In this document: one piece after another, positions 8,451 through 17,537 of the stretch
Layout: each line of letters opens with the position of its first letter
Numbering within the stretch: position 1 is the first letter of the stretch
NCBI GenBank assembly: GCA_041748895.1
Contig: JBGTCJ010000551.1
Coordinates: 1-52,405, forward strand
DNA: 52,405 nucleotides
Source of the DNA: Pirellulaceae bacterium
Lineage (GTDB): Bacteria; Planctomycetota; Planctomycetia; Pirellulales; Pirellulaceae
Reading direction: 5' to 3'
The notes under the pieces: model-generated
Seen by the model: the letters and a program-made list of their open reading frames with translations, nothing else
Told to the model about the DNA's origin: nothing
Database searches by the model: none
Made by a program: the position numbers and the translations under genes

Positions 8451-10103
8451 TCAATTGCGCGCAGGGGCGTTGCCCGATGAAGGACGTGTCGCGCGTTGTC
8501 TTGCGGCGGGTTTGGCCTTGACCCCGCGTCGCTCGGCCTCGGCACTGACCGCCTCGTCTTGTGTCTGCAACCACGCGTCGTAGTCCTTCGGCGATTGCTT
8601 CACGTATTCGTATGTGTCAAAAATCGCGCCATTTCCCAGCGCCCGCGGATCGCCTTCCTCCTTGAGCATCGAGAGCATGGTCTGCCGCAGCCCTGCCATC
8701 GTTTCCGCAAACGCAGGGTCATTGGCCAAATTTCGCACGGCATGCGGATCGTCGGTTAGGCGATACAGTTCATCCGCCCGTCGGAATCCGAAACTCAGAT
8801 CGAAGAAATACCCGCCAAGGATCTTGATCACTTCTTTCGTGGGGCTGTCGTCGCAATTGCCAAAGTTCGTTTCAGGATCGCATGCGGGCCAACGCTCGGG
8901 GTGGTAGTTGTGGACGTATAAAAACTCGGGCGTGCGAATCGCGCGTACCGGGTAGCCCCAGCGATTGGGACGACCCAGGTCGTGACGTTCCTTCCCCACC
9001 AGCATCACGTTGCGGTCTTGCGTGAGCCAGCCGGATTGGTCGGATTTTAGCAGCGGCACCAAACTGGAACCTGTGATCTGCGGGTGCTGTTCAAGCCCCG
9101 CGAGTTCGAGAAAGGTGGGCGCTAGGTCGCGGACATTGACGAAATCTTTGACGACCCGTCCCGGAGTGACCTCGCTTCCCCAGCGGGCGACCAGCGGCAG
9201 TCGGAATCCGTCCTCGTGAATTTGGCCTTTGACGTAAGGAAACGGCATTCCATGATCCGAGGTGATGATCACGAGTGTGTTGTCCAGTTCGCCACGTGCT
9301 TCCAGTAGCGCCAGAGCTCGGCCGATATGTTCGTCGGCCCACTCGACCTCCACCGCATAATCCGCCAGATCGCTGCGCACGGCCTGGAGATCGGGAAAGT
9401 AAGGGGGGACTTCGATTTCATCGAGATTCTTGCCCAGACGAACACCCGAGTGCAATTCGTACGCGCGGTGAGGTTCATGGAACCCCATCCAAAACGAGAA
9501 TGGTTTCTGCGGGTCACGATGTTCGTCGAGGAAGGACTCGAAATTTTTGGCGTAATCGTTTCGGTTGATCGCGCTGGCCGGTGGCGTCGTTTGGTGCGTG
9601 GTGAAGGTCGGACCGGCCGGGTTTCGCGTCCACCCCTGACCGGTGTGGTCACCCGGTCCCCAACCCTTACCCGTCAAGCCGACGTCGTAACCCGACGCCT
9701 CGAGCAGGTCCGGAAATACGGCCCATTTCTTTGGGAAAATCGAGTTGTGGACGCTCAGTTCTTCGAGCTGCCATGAGTTTCGCCCCGTGAGAATGCTCGC
9801 TCGGCACGGGCTGCATTTCGGATTGGACGTGAAGGCGTGCTCGAACTTGACGCCCTCCCTCGCGACTCGATCCAGGTTAGGCGTTTTGACCCACCCGCAA
9901 CCGTAGGCGCCCGCCGTGTTCCAGCTCATGTCGTCGTAGATGATGAACAGAAAGTTCGGCCGATCGGCCGAGGTCGCCACAGTCGTGATCCACAACGCGC
10001 AGGCCAGAGCCAGCCATACTCGCGGAACGATGGTCGCTCGACGGCCCAATTCGAAAATGTGGCGGATTGAAGTACAGGCGGTACGTCGGGTGAGGGGCAT
10101 CAT
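8451..10103 (-). CDS. Type I sulfatase, exported
   Basis: 550 aa with a signal/TM-like N-terminus. It carries the FIIYDDMSW metal-site start, the formylglycine signature C-S-P-C-R (NPKCSPCRASILTGR), and SDHG. Confidence 0.92.
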   Translation of the reverse strand: MMPLTRRTACTSIRHIFELGRRATIVPRVWLALACALWITTVATSADRPNFLFIIYDDMSWNTAGAYGCGWVKTPNLDRVAREGVKFEHAFTSNPKCSPCRASILTGRNSWQLEELSVHNSIFPKKWAVFPDLLEASGYDVGLTGKGWGPGDHTGQGWTRNPAGPTFTTHQTTPPASAINRNDYAKNFESFLDEHRDPQKPFSFWMGFHEPHRAYELHSGVRLGKNLDEIEVPPYFPDLQAVRSDLADYAVEVEWADEHIGRALALLEARGELDNTLVIITSDHGMPFPYVKGQIHEDGFRLPLVARWGSEVTPGRVVKDFVNVRDLAPTFLELAGLEQHPQITGSSLVPLLKSDQSGWLTQDRNVMLVGKERHDLGRPNRWGYPVRAIRTPEFLYVHNYHPERWPACDPETNFGNCDDSPTKEVIKILGGYFFDLSFGFRRADELYRLTDDPHAVRNLANDPAFAETMAGLRQTMLSMLKEEGDPRALGNGAIFDTYEYVKQSPKDYDAWLQTQDEAVSAEAERRGVKAKPAARQRATRPSSGNAPARN

Positions 10104-10431
10104 GGATCACGGTGGGTTGAAGAGCGGTGTCTCGGTTGAGAGACCGGTGGGAAGGAGAGCCGTTGTCGGACGGTTCACCATCATCGGTGCCCGAAGTGGG
10201 GCAAGCAACCGTCGTTCGGAGAAAGTGAGATGCAAAGGCTTGTAGGTCGTGCGGGTCCCCATCGCTCGCGCGATTGGGCTGGTAGGGAAGTGGATTGGGC
10301 TCGCAAGGAGACAAAGGCTGGTAGGGTGCGATTCGCTTTGGTACGGCGCTGAGGGACTGCACCGCGCAGAGACTTCCAATTAGGCTGTCAGGGCGTAACC
10401 GCTTCGATCCGATAGAGAAGGTCCGTGTCTG

Positions 10432-13400
10432 ATGCGTGAAAAATTGCAGTTTGGCATGATCCGCTCGGCGCTCATGCTGCTGGTCGCCTTGGGAGCGTCG
10501 CAGGCTCGATCGCAAACCGCGCCCGATGTCGGAGTTCGCTTCCAACCGCCGACATCCGTGTTCCTCACCGGCGCCCGAATCGTGATCAGCGCCGACCATG
10601 AGCTCGATTCTGCAAGCTTGCTGATCAGGGATGGCAAGATTGCCGCGATTGGTGCCTCACTCGAGCCGCCCGCCGGGGCCGAGGTGATCGACCTGAGCGG
10701 CAAGCATGTCTATCCCGCGCTTGTCGATCCGTTGGTCGAGTTCGACGCCCGCCCGATTGAATATCCCGCGGGCTACTGGAACGCGTCGGTATTGCCACAA
10801 TTGCGGATGGACCAGGTCGCCAGATTGGAAGGCACACAGCTCGATGCGCTGCGAAAGTCCGGAATTGCCATCGCTCTGGTCGCCCCGAAAGAGGGCATCA
10901 TCAAGGGGCAGAGCTGCGTGGTCTCGACCAGCGGCGAATCGCTAGAGAAGTGTCTTCTGCGATCGCAGGCCTTTCAGCACCTGCGGCTTTTTCCCTCACG
11001 CGGCTCACGCACCAGCTATCCCAACAGCCCGATGGGCGCGGTGGCGCTCGTTCGGCAGGCACTCTCGGACGCTGATTGGTACCAACAGGCGTGGCAGAGC
11101 GTGAAGGTTGACCCATCGCTCCCGGCGCCCGAATACGACGCGGCATTGGCTGCGCTGAATTCGGTGATCACCGCCGAGCAGGCAGTGATCATCGACGGCA
11201 CGAACGAACTCTACGCACTCCGCGGCGATCGCCTGGCCCGTGAGTTCTCGCTCAAGGCGATCGTCCGTGGGTCGGGACGCGAGTACCGACGCCTCGAAGC
11301 GGTGATGGCCACGAAGCGTCCTTTGATCATTCCCATCAACTTCCCCGACGCGCCGGAAGTATCGAGTCGAATCGATGCGGCCAACACGACTCTGCAGGCC
11401 TTGATGCACTGGCGACTGGCGCCTGAGAACCCCGCGAGACTCGAGAAAGCAGGGGTATCGTTTGTCTTCACAACCGATGGGCTCGAGAAACCGGGGCGGT
11501 GGCGGGAGAAAGTGCGGGTAGCGATTGAGCACGGCCTGAGTGAGAAGGTCGCGCTGCGGGCGCTTACCGAGGGCCCAGCGAAGCTGCTCGATTTAGACGC
11601 GGTGGCGGGGACTCTCGAGGAAGGCAAGTTGGCCAATTTGATCGTGGCCAGCGGCACGTTGTTCGACAAGTCAACCAAGATCGACGAGACGTGGGTCCAA
11701 GGGAAGCGTTTCCAGTGGAATCCGACCCAGCCGAATGACCTACGAGGCGATTGGAAGTTGGTGCTTAACGATCCGCCCAAGTCGGAGCTGGTCCTGAATC
11801 TCACGGGAGATCCGGAGAAACTCAAGGGGAAATTCGCGCGCCCCGCCGGATCCGATCCGGAAGTTTCCGATGAAGGGGATTCAGGTGCTGATGGCTCGGA
11901 TTCAACGAGCGATCTGTCGAAATCGCCCGATGATGAAAAGGCCGACGACCAGCCGACCAAGAAGCCTGAAACGAAGGGCATCGAACTGAAGAAACTGCAA
12001 TTCGACGGCTATCGCCTGACGGCCACCTTTGCATCCAGTGAGCTGATCGAAGGCCAAGACGGCGTAGCGATTTTCGGAGCGGCATGGATACCCAGTCCCG
12101 ATGGATCAAGGCTTGTCGGCACGATCAGCTGGGCTGACGGTGATGAACATGCGTTTGTCGCGACGCCAATCGAGGTGGAAGAGGGTGACGCGGGCAAGGA
12201 CGATAGCCAGGGCAAAGCAGCGGACACGGATGAAGAGAAAGGCAAGGACGACGAGAAAGACAAGGCGACCGACGAAGGCCAAACCGACAAGGTGGCTGAC
12301 CGTGTGGCTTGCGAAGTGAATTTCCCGCTCGGGGCTTACGGGTTGAGTGCGCCGCCGGAGCAGCCCGAGTGGGTGTTGGTCAAGAATGCGACGATCTGGA
12401 CCTGTGGCGAGGCAGGGATACTTGAGGCCGCTGACTTGCTGGTTCACAACGGATTGATCGAGTCGGTCGGTCAATCGATCGTGGCTCCTGAGGGGGCGGT
12501 CATTGTGGACGCAACTGGCATGCACGTGACGCCCGGGATCATCGATTGCCACTCCCACATGGCGACCGATGGTGGGGTCAATGAGTCGGCCCAGGCGATC
12601 ACGGCCGAAGTTCGCATCGGTGACTTCATCGACCCCAACGACATCACGATCTACCGACAGTTGGCTGGCGGCGTTACGGCGGCCAATATCCTGCACGGTT
12701 CGGCCAACCCGATCGGTGGCCAAAATCAGGTGATCAAACTTCGTTGGGGCAGCACCGACGAACAGATGAAAATGCGGGAGGCCCCGGCCGGCATCAAGTT
12801 TGCCTTGGGTGAGAACGTCAAACGGAGCAACTCTCGCAGCGACACCGTTCGCTATCCGGCCACACGCATGGGAGTCGAGCAGATCATCCGCGATCGGTTT
12901 GAGGCCGCGATTCTCTATCGGCAGCGTTGGGATCGGTGGTCCGAGACGCCGGTGGGTTTGCCTCCAAGACGGGACTTTGAGCTGGAGGCGATCGCCGAGA
13001 TCGTTGAAGGGAAACGCTGGGTTCATTGCCACAGCTATCGCGCAGACGAAATTCTGACGATGCTCCGAACGCTTGATGACTATGGGATCACGATTGGGTC
13101 GCTGCAGCACATCCTCGAGGGATACAAGGTGGCCGATGCGATGGCGGCCCACGGTGCGACCGGGTCGAGCTTCTCCGATTGGTGGGCATACAAATTTGAG
13201 GTCTACGACGCAATCCCGTTCAACGGGGCATTGATGCATCGCGCGGGTGTAGTGGTCTCCTTCAATTCCGATGACGCTGAGCTTGCTCGGCATTTGAATC
13301 ACGAGGCCGCCAAAGCGGTTAAGTACGGCGGCGTCGCTCCCGAAGAGGCGCTCAAGTTCGTCACCTTGAATCCTGCCAAGCAGCTGCGAATCGACGACTG

Positions 13401-13746
13401 GGTCGGTTCGTTGGAGCCTGGTAAACACGCTGATTTCGTGGTTTGGAATCGTTCACCGCTCTCAACGTTGTCGATGTGCACGCAAACTTGGATTGACGGA
13501 CGCAAGTACTTCGATCGAGACTCGGACCTGGCTCGACGCGAGGACGACGCGAAACTTCACCGGGAGCTGGTGCAAAGCATCATCGGTTCGGGCGCCAAGA
13601 CCCGCTCGGGCGAATCGGATGACGACCCGTCCACGTGGTGGGCGCGTTATGACGAGTTTTGTCACCATCATCATGACCATGACGAACAGCATCGCCAGCA
13701 TGATCACCACGACGAGCAACTCGAAAGTGAAGGAGGTGAGCAGTGA
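10432..13746 (+). CDS. Large exported two-module amidohydrolase-superfamily protein (degenerate N-module + catalytic C-module), with acidic linkers and a His-rich tail
   Basis: 1104 aa with a signal peptide (LMLLVALGASQARSQT). The N-module has GKHVYPALVDPLVEFD where the HxH metal motif is expected. The C-module has the canonical GMHVTPGIIDCHSHMATDG (HxH at 12550-12558) and a later SFNSDD. Asp/Glu/Ser/Lys-rich linkers lie at 11848-11979 and 12172-12300. The tail is FCHHHHDHDEQHRQHDHHDE. Confidence 0.85.
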   Translation: MREKLQFGMIRSALMLLVALGASQARSQTAPDVGVRFQPPTSVFLTGARIVISADHELDSASLLIRDGKIAAIGASLEPPAGAEVIDLSGKHVYPALVDPLVEFDARPIEYPAGYWNASVLPQLRMDQVARLEGTQLDALRKSGIAIALVAPKEGIIKGQSCVVSTSGESLEKCLLRSQAFQHLRLFPSRGSRTSYPNSPMGAVALVRQALSDADWYQQAWQSVKVDPSLPAPEYDAALAALNSVITAEQAVIIDGTNELYALRGDRLAREFSLKAIVRGSGREYRRLEAVMATKRPLIIPINFPDAPEVSSRIDAANTTLQALMHWRLAPENPARLEKAGVSFVFTTDGLEKPGRWREKVRVAIEHGLSEKVALRALTEGPAKLLDLDAVAGTLEEGKLANLIVASGTLFDKSTKIDETWVQGKRFQWNPTQPNDLRGDWKLVLNDPPKSELVLNLTGDPEKLKGKFARPAGSDPEVSDEGDSGADGSDSTSDLSKSPDDEKADDQPTKKPETKGIELKKLQFDGYRLTATFASSELIEGQDGVAIFGAAWIPSPDGSRLVGTISWADGDEHAFVATPIEVEEGDAGKDDSQGKAADTDEEKGKDDEKDKATDEGQTDKVADRVACEVNFPLGAYGLSAPPEQPEWVLVKNATIWTCGEAGILEAADLLVHNGLIESVGQSIVAPEGAVIVDATGMHVTPGIIDCHSHMATDGGVNESAQAITAEVRIGDFIDPNDITIYRQLAGGVTAANILHGSANPIGGQNQVIKLRWGSTDEQMKMREAPAGIKFALGENVKRSNSRSDTVRYPATRMGVEQIIRDRFEAAILYRQRWDRWSETPVGLPPRRDFELEAIAEIVEGKRWVHCHSYRADEILTMLRTLDDYGITIGSLQHILEGYKVADAMAAHGATGSSFSDWWAYKFEVYDAIPFNGALMHRAGVVVSFNSDDAELARHLNHEAAKAVKYGGVAPEEALKFVTLNPAKQLRIDDWVGSLEPGKHADFVVWNRSPLSTLSMCTQTWIDGRKYFDRDSDLARREDDAKLHRELVQSIIGSGAKTRSGESDDDPSTWWARYDEFCHHHHDHDEQHRQHDHHDEQLESEGGEQ

Positions 13747-15071
13747 TGACTTGGGCGTCGTTGACCGCGGGTACAGTGGAACTCCACTCAATCTCGCCGC
13801 TAAGGCGTGGCTGGATGCGAATTGGTTTGGCGCTCGCTCTTACGGGGCTTTGCGGCTTCCAACGCACCTGGGCTTCCGATCAAATCCCCGGCGCTCCGCA
13901 GACGGCGCCGATAGCGATCGTGGGTGGCACCATTCACACCGTCAGCGGAGACACGATCGAAAGGGGCACGCTGGTTTTTCGCGAGGGACGGATTGTTGAA
14001 CTGGGCAAACGCGTGGAGATCCCTGCGGACGCTGAGGTGATCGATGCGGCAGGAAAACACGTGTATCCGAGTTTGATCGAGGCGAACTCCGACATCGGAT
14101 TGGTTGAAATCAATTCGGTGAGCGCAACGGTCGATTCGAGTGAAACCGGGTCGATCAATGCGAATGTTCGGTCGGCATTTGCATTCAATGCGGACAGCGA
14201 GTTGATTCCAGTGAATCGAGCCAATGGGATTCTTCTGGCCGTCAGCGCGCCCAGCGGCGGATTGGTCTCGGGTCGATCGTCGCTGATGATGATGGATGGT
14301 TGGGCGTGGGAGGACATGACGCTCAAGGCCGATACGGCGATGCACGTTCGCTGGCCACGATCCGAGAGTGAGGTCAAGCGACTGGCCGAACTGTTCGAGC
14401 AAACGAAACGCTACATCGCCGCGAGAGACGCGGCTCGCCCGCTCGAACAACCCAAAGATCTCCGCTTGGAGGCGATGCGGCAGGTGGTTGAGGGCGAAAT
14501 TCCCCTGATCGTCGCCGCGACGTCGCTCGATCAAATCGAGGCGGCTGTTTCCTTTGCCAAGCAGCAAGCGGTGTCGTTGATCATCAGTGGTGGGTACGAT
14601 GCACCGCTGTGCGCGGAACTGCTCAAACAGGAAAAGGTGCCAGTCATCATCAGTGGCATCTATCGAGTTCCTCAGCGTCGTCACGGTGCCTACGATGAGG
14701 GCTACACGCTTGCCAAAAAGTTATCCGACGCTGGGATCGCTTTTTGCATTTCGGCCGGTGGGCGTTTCGGGGCGACTGGGATTCGAAACCTTCCGTACAA
14801 TGCCGCCACAGCAGCGGCTTACGGGTTGTCGGAGGAGGAAGCTCTGCGGGCGATCACGCTGTCACCGGCTGAGATTTTGGGTGTCTCCGATCGCGTCGGC
14901 TCGCTGCAGGTGGGGATGGACGCGACGCTATTCATCGCGGACGGAGATATCCTCGAGACACCGACGCAGGTACTGAACGCATTTGTGCAGGGGCGTGCGG
15001 TTGATTTGAGCAACAAGCAGACGCAGCTTTATCGAAAGTACACGACGAAGCAGGAACGCACCCAGCCATGA
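13746..15071 (+). CDS. Amidohydrolase-superfamily protein lacking the HxH metal motif (probably non-catalytic partner)
   Basis: The ATG at 13746 overlaps the upstream stop (TGATG), and AGGAGGTG lies 7 nt upstream. The N-terminus is signal-like. GKHVYPSLIEANSDIGL occupies the HxH position (14052-14102). The C-terminal G.L..G.DATLFIADGD block is typical of the family. Confidence 0.8.
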   Translation: MTWASLTAGTVELHSISPLRRGWMRIGLALALTGLCGFQRTWASDQIPGAPQTAPIAIVGGTIHTVSGDTIERGTLVFREGRIVELGKRVEIPADAEVIDAAGKHVYPSLIEANSDIGLVEINSVSATVDSSETGSINANVRSAFAFNADSELIPVNRANGILLAVSAPSGGLVSGRSSLMMMDGWAWEDMTLKADTAMHVRWPRSESEVKRLAELFEQTKRYIAARDAARPLEQPKDLRLEAMRQVVEGEIPLIVAATSLDQIEAAVSFAKQQAVSLIISGGYDAPLCAELLKQEKVPVIISGIYRVPQRRHGAYDEGYTLAKKLSDAGIAFCISAGGRFGATGIRNLPYNAATAAAYGLSEEEALRAITLSPAEILGVSDRVGSLQVGMDATLFIADGDILETPTQVLNAFVQGRAVDLSNKQTQLYRKYTTKQERTQP

Positions 15072-16987
15072 GACGTCGATGTGGGATCGCCGTGAGCCTG
15101 TGGGTTGCCGTCGTGGTTGCCGGGGGAGGTGCCTCAGCGGCCGAGGCATTTGATGTTGTGGTTTATGGCGCGACTCCCGGCGGAATCGCTGCGGCGGTCA
15201 ACGCTGCTCGCGGCGGTTTGAACGTAGCGCTTGTTCAGGAGGATGACCACATCGGAGGCCTGACCTCCGGTGGACTCTCCAATCCCGACTTCCGCACGTT
15301 CGAATGTTTGGGCGGCACTTGGCGAGAGTTCATGCACCGCGTCGAGCGGTACTATGGCGATACCTACGGCGAGGATTCGCAGCAGGTCATTGATTCGGTC
15401 CGCGGTGCGTACAGCGAACCGCGGGTGGCGCGGCGGGTCTTCGAGGAAATGTTGGCTGAAACCGGGCGAGTGAAGACGATGCTCCGTCACCGTTTGATCG
15501 GGGCTCAGACCGAGCCGAGTGGCGAGGGGCGGACGCGTCTAGTAGGCGCGACGTTTGAAGCCCTGCCGGGCGATTTGCCGTTGACGCTCAATGCCAAGGT
15601 GTTCATCGACGCCACTTACGAGGGCGATCTGATAGCCGCCGCCGGCGTCGAGACGATCGTCGGCTGTGAGTCCAAAGCGGCCTATGGAGAGAGTCTTGCG
15701 TTTGACGAGCCCAACGATTGGGTGATGGCCTACAACTTCCGCGTCTGCCTCACGAGCGACCCCGAGAATAGGATTGCGATTGCGCGACCCGATGGGTACG
15801 ACCCCGGGCGTTTCGACCTCTTGCGTGATGCGATCACGGCCGGGCGAGTTCCTAGCCTTCGCAATCCCGGGCCGACTCCCGCGGTGCTCAAGGTGCGGCA
15901 GATACCCAACGACAAGGCTGATTTCAATGACGACCCCAACGGGCCGATCAGCATGGCGCTCAAAAATGTCAACCATCCTTGGCCCGAAGGCGATGCTCAA
16001 ACGCGACACCGGATTTTCGACGTCTACAAACACCACACCATGAGCCTGTTCTGGTTTCTTGGAAACGATCCGGCGCTACCCGAGAGCTTTCGCGGCGAGA
16101 TGCGACGTTGGGGTTTGCCAAAGGACGAGTTCATCGATAGTGACCACTGGTCGCCGGCGCTCTATGTTCGAGAAGGGCGGCGAATGATCGGCCGTTACGT
16201 CTTCACCGAGCGCGACACACAGCCGGCGAAAGACAGTAGGCGTGCGCCGGTGCAAACCGATTCGATCGCCGTGGCCGACTACGCCCTCAACAGTCATGGT
16301 GTCTTTAGCCCCAAGCCTGGGGTGATCCTCGGCAGGCACGGCAAGAGCGTCGTCCCCTACGGGATTCCGTACGGAGTTCTGGTTCCACGGTCGGTTGACG
16401 GACTGCTTGCCCCGGTGCCGCTATCGGCGAGCCGCGTGGGATATAGCGCGCTACGAATGGAACCGTGTTGGACGGCGCTCGGTCAAGCCGCCGGGGTCGC
16501 CGCTGTCGTTGCGATCGAAGAGCGTCATGAGGTGAGCGATGTTCCGGTTGCCACGGTGCAAGACCGACTCTGGGACCTCGGTGCGATGACGGTCTACATC
16601 AGCGACCTGGCTCCGGTCAGCGAAATCCAAAAACCGGCGTGGGATCCGCCGGGAACCTTTCCCGCGGCCATTCACGCCTGGCCGATTAGCTCGCCATGGT
16701 TCAAGGCGGCTCAGTATTTCGGCACGCGGGGCCTGTTCGCGGATCGGATCGATGCCGGCGACGCCACGGCGCAGCGCGCGGTCCGCACCACGGGGCAATG
16801 GACCACGGGTCAATGGACCACAGCCTTCCCCAATCACGCGGTGGGGCTGGAACACGTCATCGAAATGGACCTGGCCCGCCAGTGGTGCGAACGTGCGGGG
16901 GTCTCGTGGGCCGAAAGCCTGGCGCCCGACGGCCGTATGACACGCGGGGAATTTCTCAAGGGAATGTTCGAACGCGTCCGCCGCTAA
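15068..16987 (+). CDS. FAD-dependent oxidoreductase (FAD_oxidored family), exported
   Basis: The start overlaps the upstream stop (ATGA). A signal-like N-terminus is followed by a dinucleotide-binding motif (VVVYGATPGGIAAAVNAARGG ... VQEDDHIGGLTSGG). Total length is 639 aa. Confidence 0.8.
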   Translation: MRRRCGIAVSLWVAVVVAGGGASAAEAFDVVVYGATPGGIAAAVNAARGGLNVALVQEDDHIGGLTSGGLSNPDFRTFECLGGTWREFMHRVERYYGDTYGEDSQQVIDSVRGAYSEPRVARRVFEEMLAETGRVKTMLRHRLIGAQTEPSGEGRTRLVGATFEALPGDLPLTLNAKVFIDATYEGDLIAAAGVETIVGCESKAAYGESLAFDEPNDWVMAYNFRVCLTSDPENRIAIARPDGYDPGRFDLLRDAITAGRVPSLRNPGPTPAVLKVRQIPNDKADFNDDPNGPISMALKNVNHPWPEGDAQTRHRIFDVYKHHTMSLFWFLGNDPALPESFRGEMRRWGLPKDEFIDSDHWSPALYVREGRRMIGRYVFTERDTQPAKDSRRAPVQTDSIAVADYALNSHGVFSPKPGVILGRHGKSVVPYGIPYGVLVPRSVDGLLAPVPLSASRVGYSALRMEPCWTALGQAAGVAAVVAIEERHEVSDVPVATVQDRLWDLGAMTVYISDLAPVSEIQKPAWDPPGTFPAAIHAWPISSPWFKAAQYFGTRGLFADRIDAGDATAQRAVRTTGQWTTGQWTTAFPNHAVGLEHVIEMDLARQWCERAGVSWAESLAPDGRMTRGEFLKGMFERVRR

Positions 16988-17158
16988 TCGCGACACGATG
17001 GTGTTCAGAACCTTGGCGAACCACCGCTCGCTTCGGGCCGGTCGGACGCCTATCTGCTTGACACCCCCTTTGAATCAAGGCGAAACTTGGGAGCGGGCGA
17101 GGGGCTCCGGGCCAATCGTACCGACCTCGTCTTGACCTCACTTTTTTGGAGCAGCGGA

Positions 17159-17335
17159 ATGTTTGTGTATCGATTTGTTTTACTGTTTGCCCTTACGGGC
17201 TTGCTCTTCAGCGCCGGATGCGGACGCAGCGGCAGTGCGGTCATTGTCGATCCCAATCCTGATCCGGCAGCTGCCCAGGAGGCGTACGATGACTACGACA
17301 AACAGATGGCAGCGGATGCAGGCGGGTACCAGTAG
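17159..17335 (+). CDS. Small putative lipoprotein
   Basis: 58 aa counted from the ATG at 17159. The lipobox-like signal is MFVYRFVLLFALTGLLFSAGC|G, followed by an acidic tail. A hairpin lies downstream at 17368-17399. This small ORF is uncertain. Confidence 0.45.
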   Translation: MFVYRFVLLFALTGLLFSAGCGRSGSAVIVDPNPDPAAAQEAYDDYDKQMAADAGGYQ

Positions 17336-17450
17336 CGGTCACCTGACGCAGGATTGGAGGCCGGTCGGGCCGAATTCTCGACTTCCGCGAGGTTCGGCCG
17401 CGGCGTAACCGCCGTCGATTCGACAGGTTCCTTTTTTTTATCGAATTTTG

Positions 17451-17479
17451 TTGACTGGCAATTCCTGGATGCATTAAGC
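17451..17479 (+). promoter_or_regulatory. Putative sigma-70-type promoter of DUF1559 paralog 1
   Basis: TTGACT (17451-17456), a 17-nt spacer, then TTAAGC (17474-17479), preceded by an AT-rich tract. The same architecture and flanking ATCGAA..TTGTTGACT sequence recur upstream of paralog 2. Confidence 0.45.
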
Positions 17480-17537
17480 TCCCGCTGTGGCCGTTTGGGT
17501 CACATTAATGAGTTTCTTGTTTTTTGGGAGTTATGCC

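Noticed and set aside
10107-10703. Minus-strand ORFs of 90-240 aa spanning the divergent intergenic region and the start of the amidohydrolase gene.
   Set aside because: They overlap the well-supported plus-strand gene or sit in the promoter region. They have Pro/Ser/Arg-rich composition without motifs.
13657-13743. The His-rich C-terminus as an engineered His-tag or vector contamination.
   Set aside because: The His residues are interleaved with Asp/Glu/Gln/Arg (HHHHDHDEQHRQHDHHDE) and use mixed CAC/CAT codons in native context. The region also contains the SD and overlapping start of the next gene, so the sequence is native.
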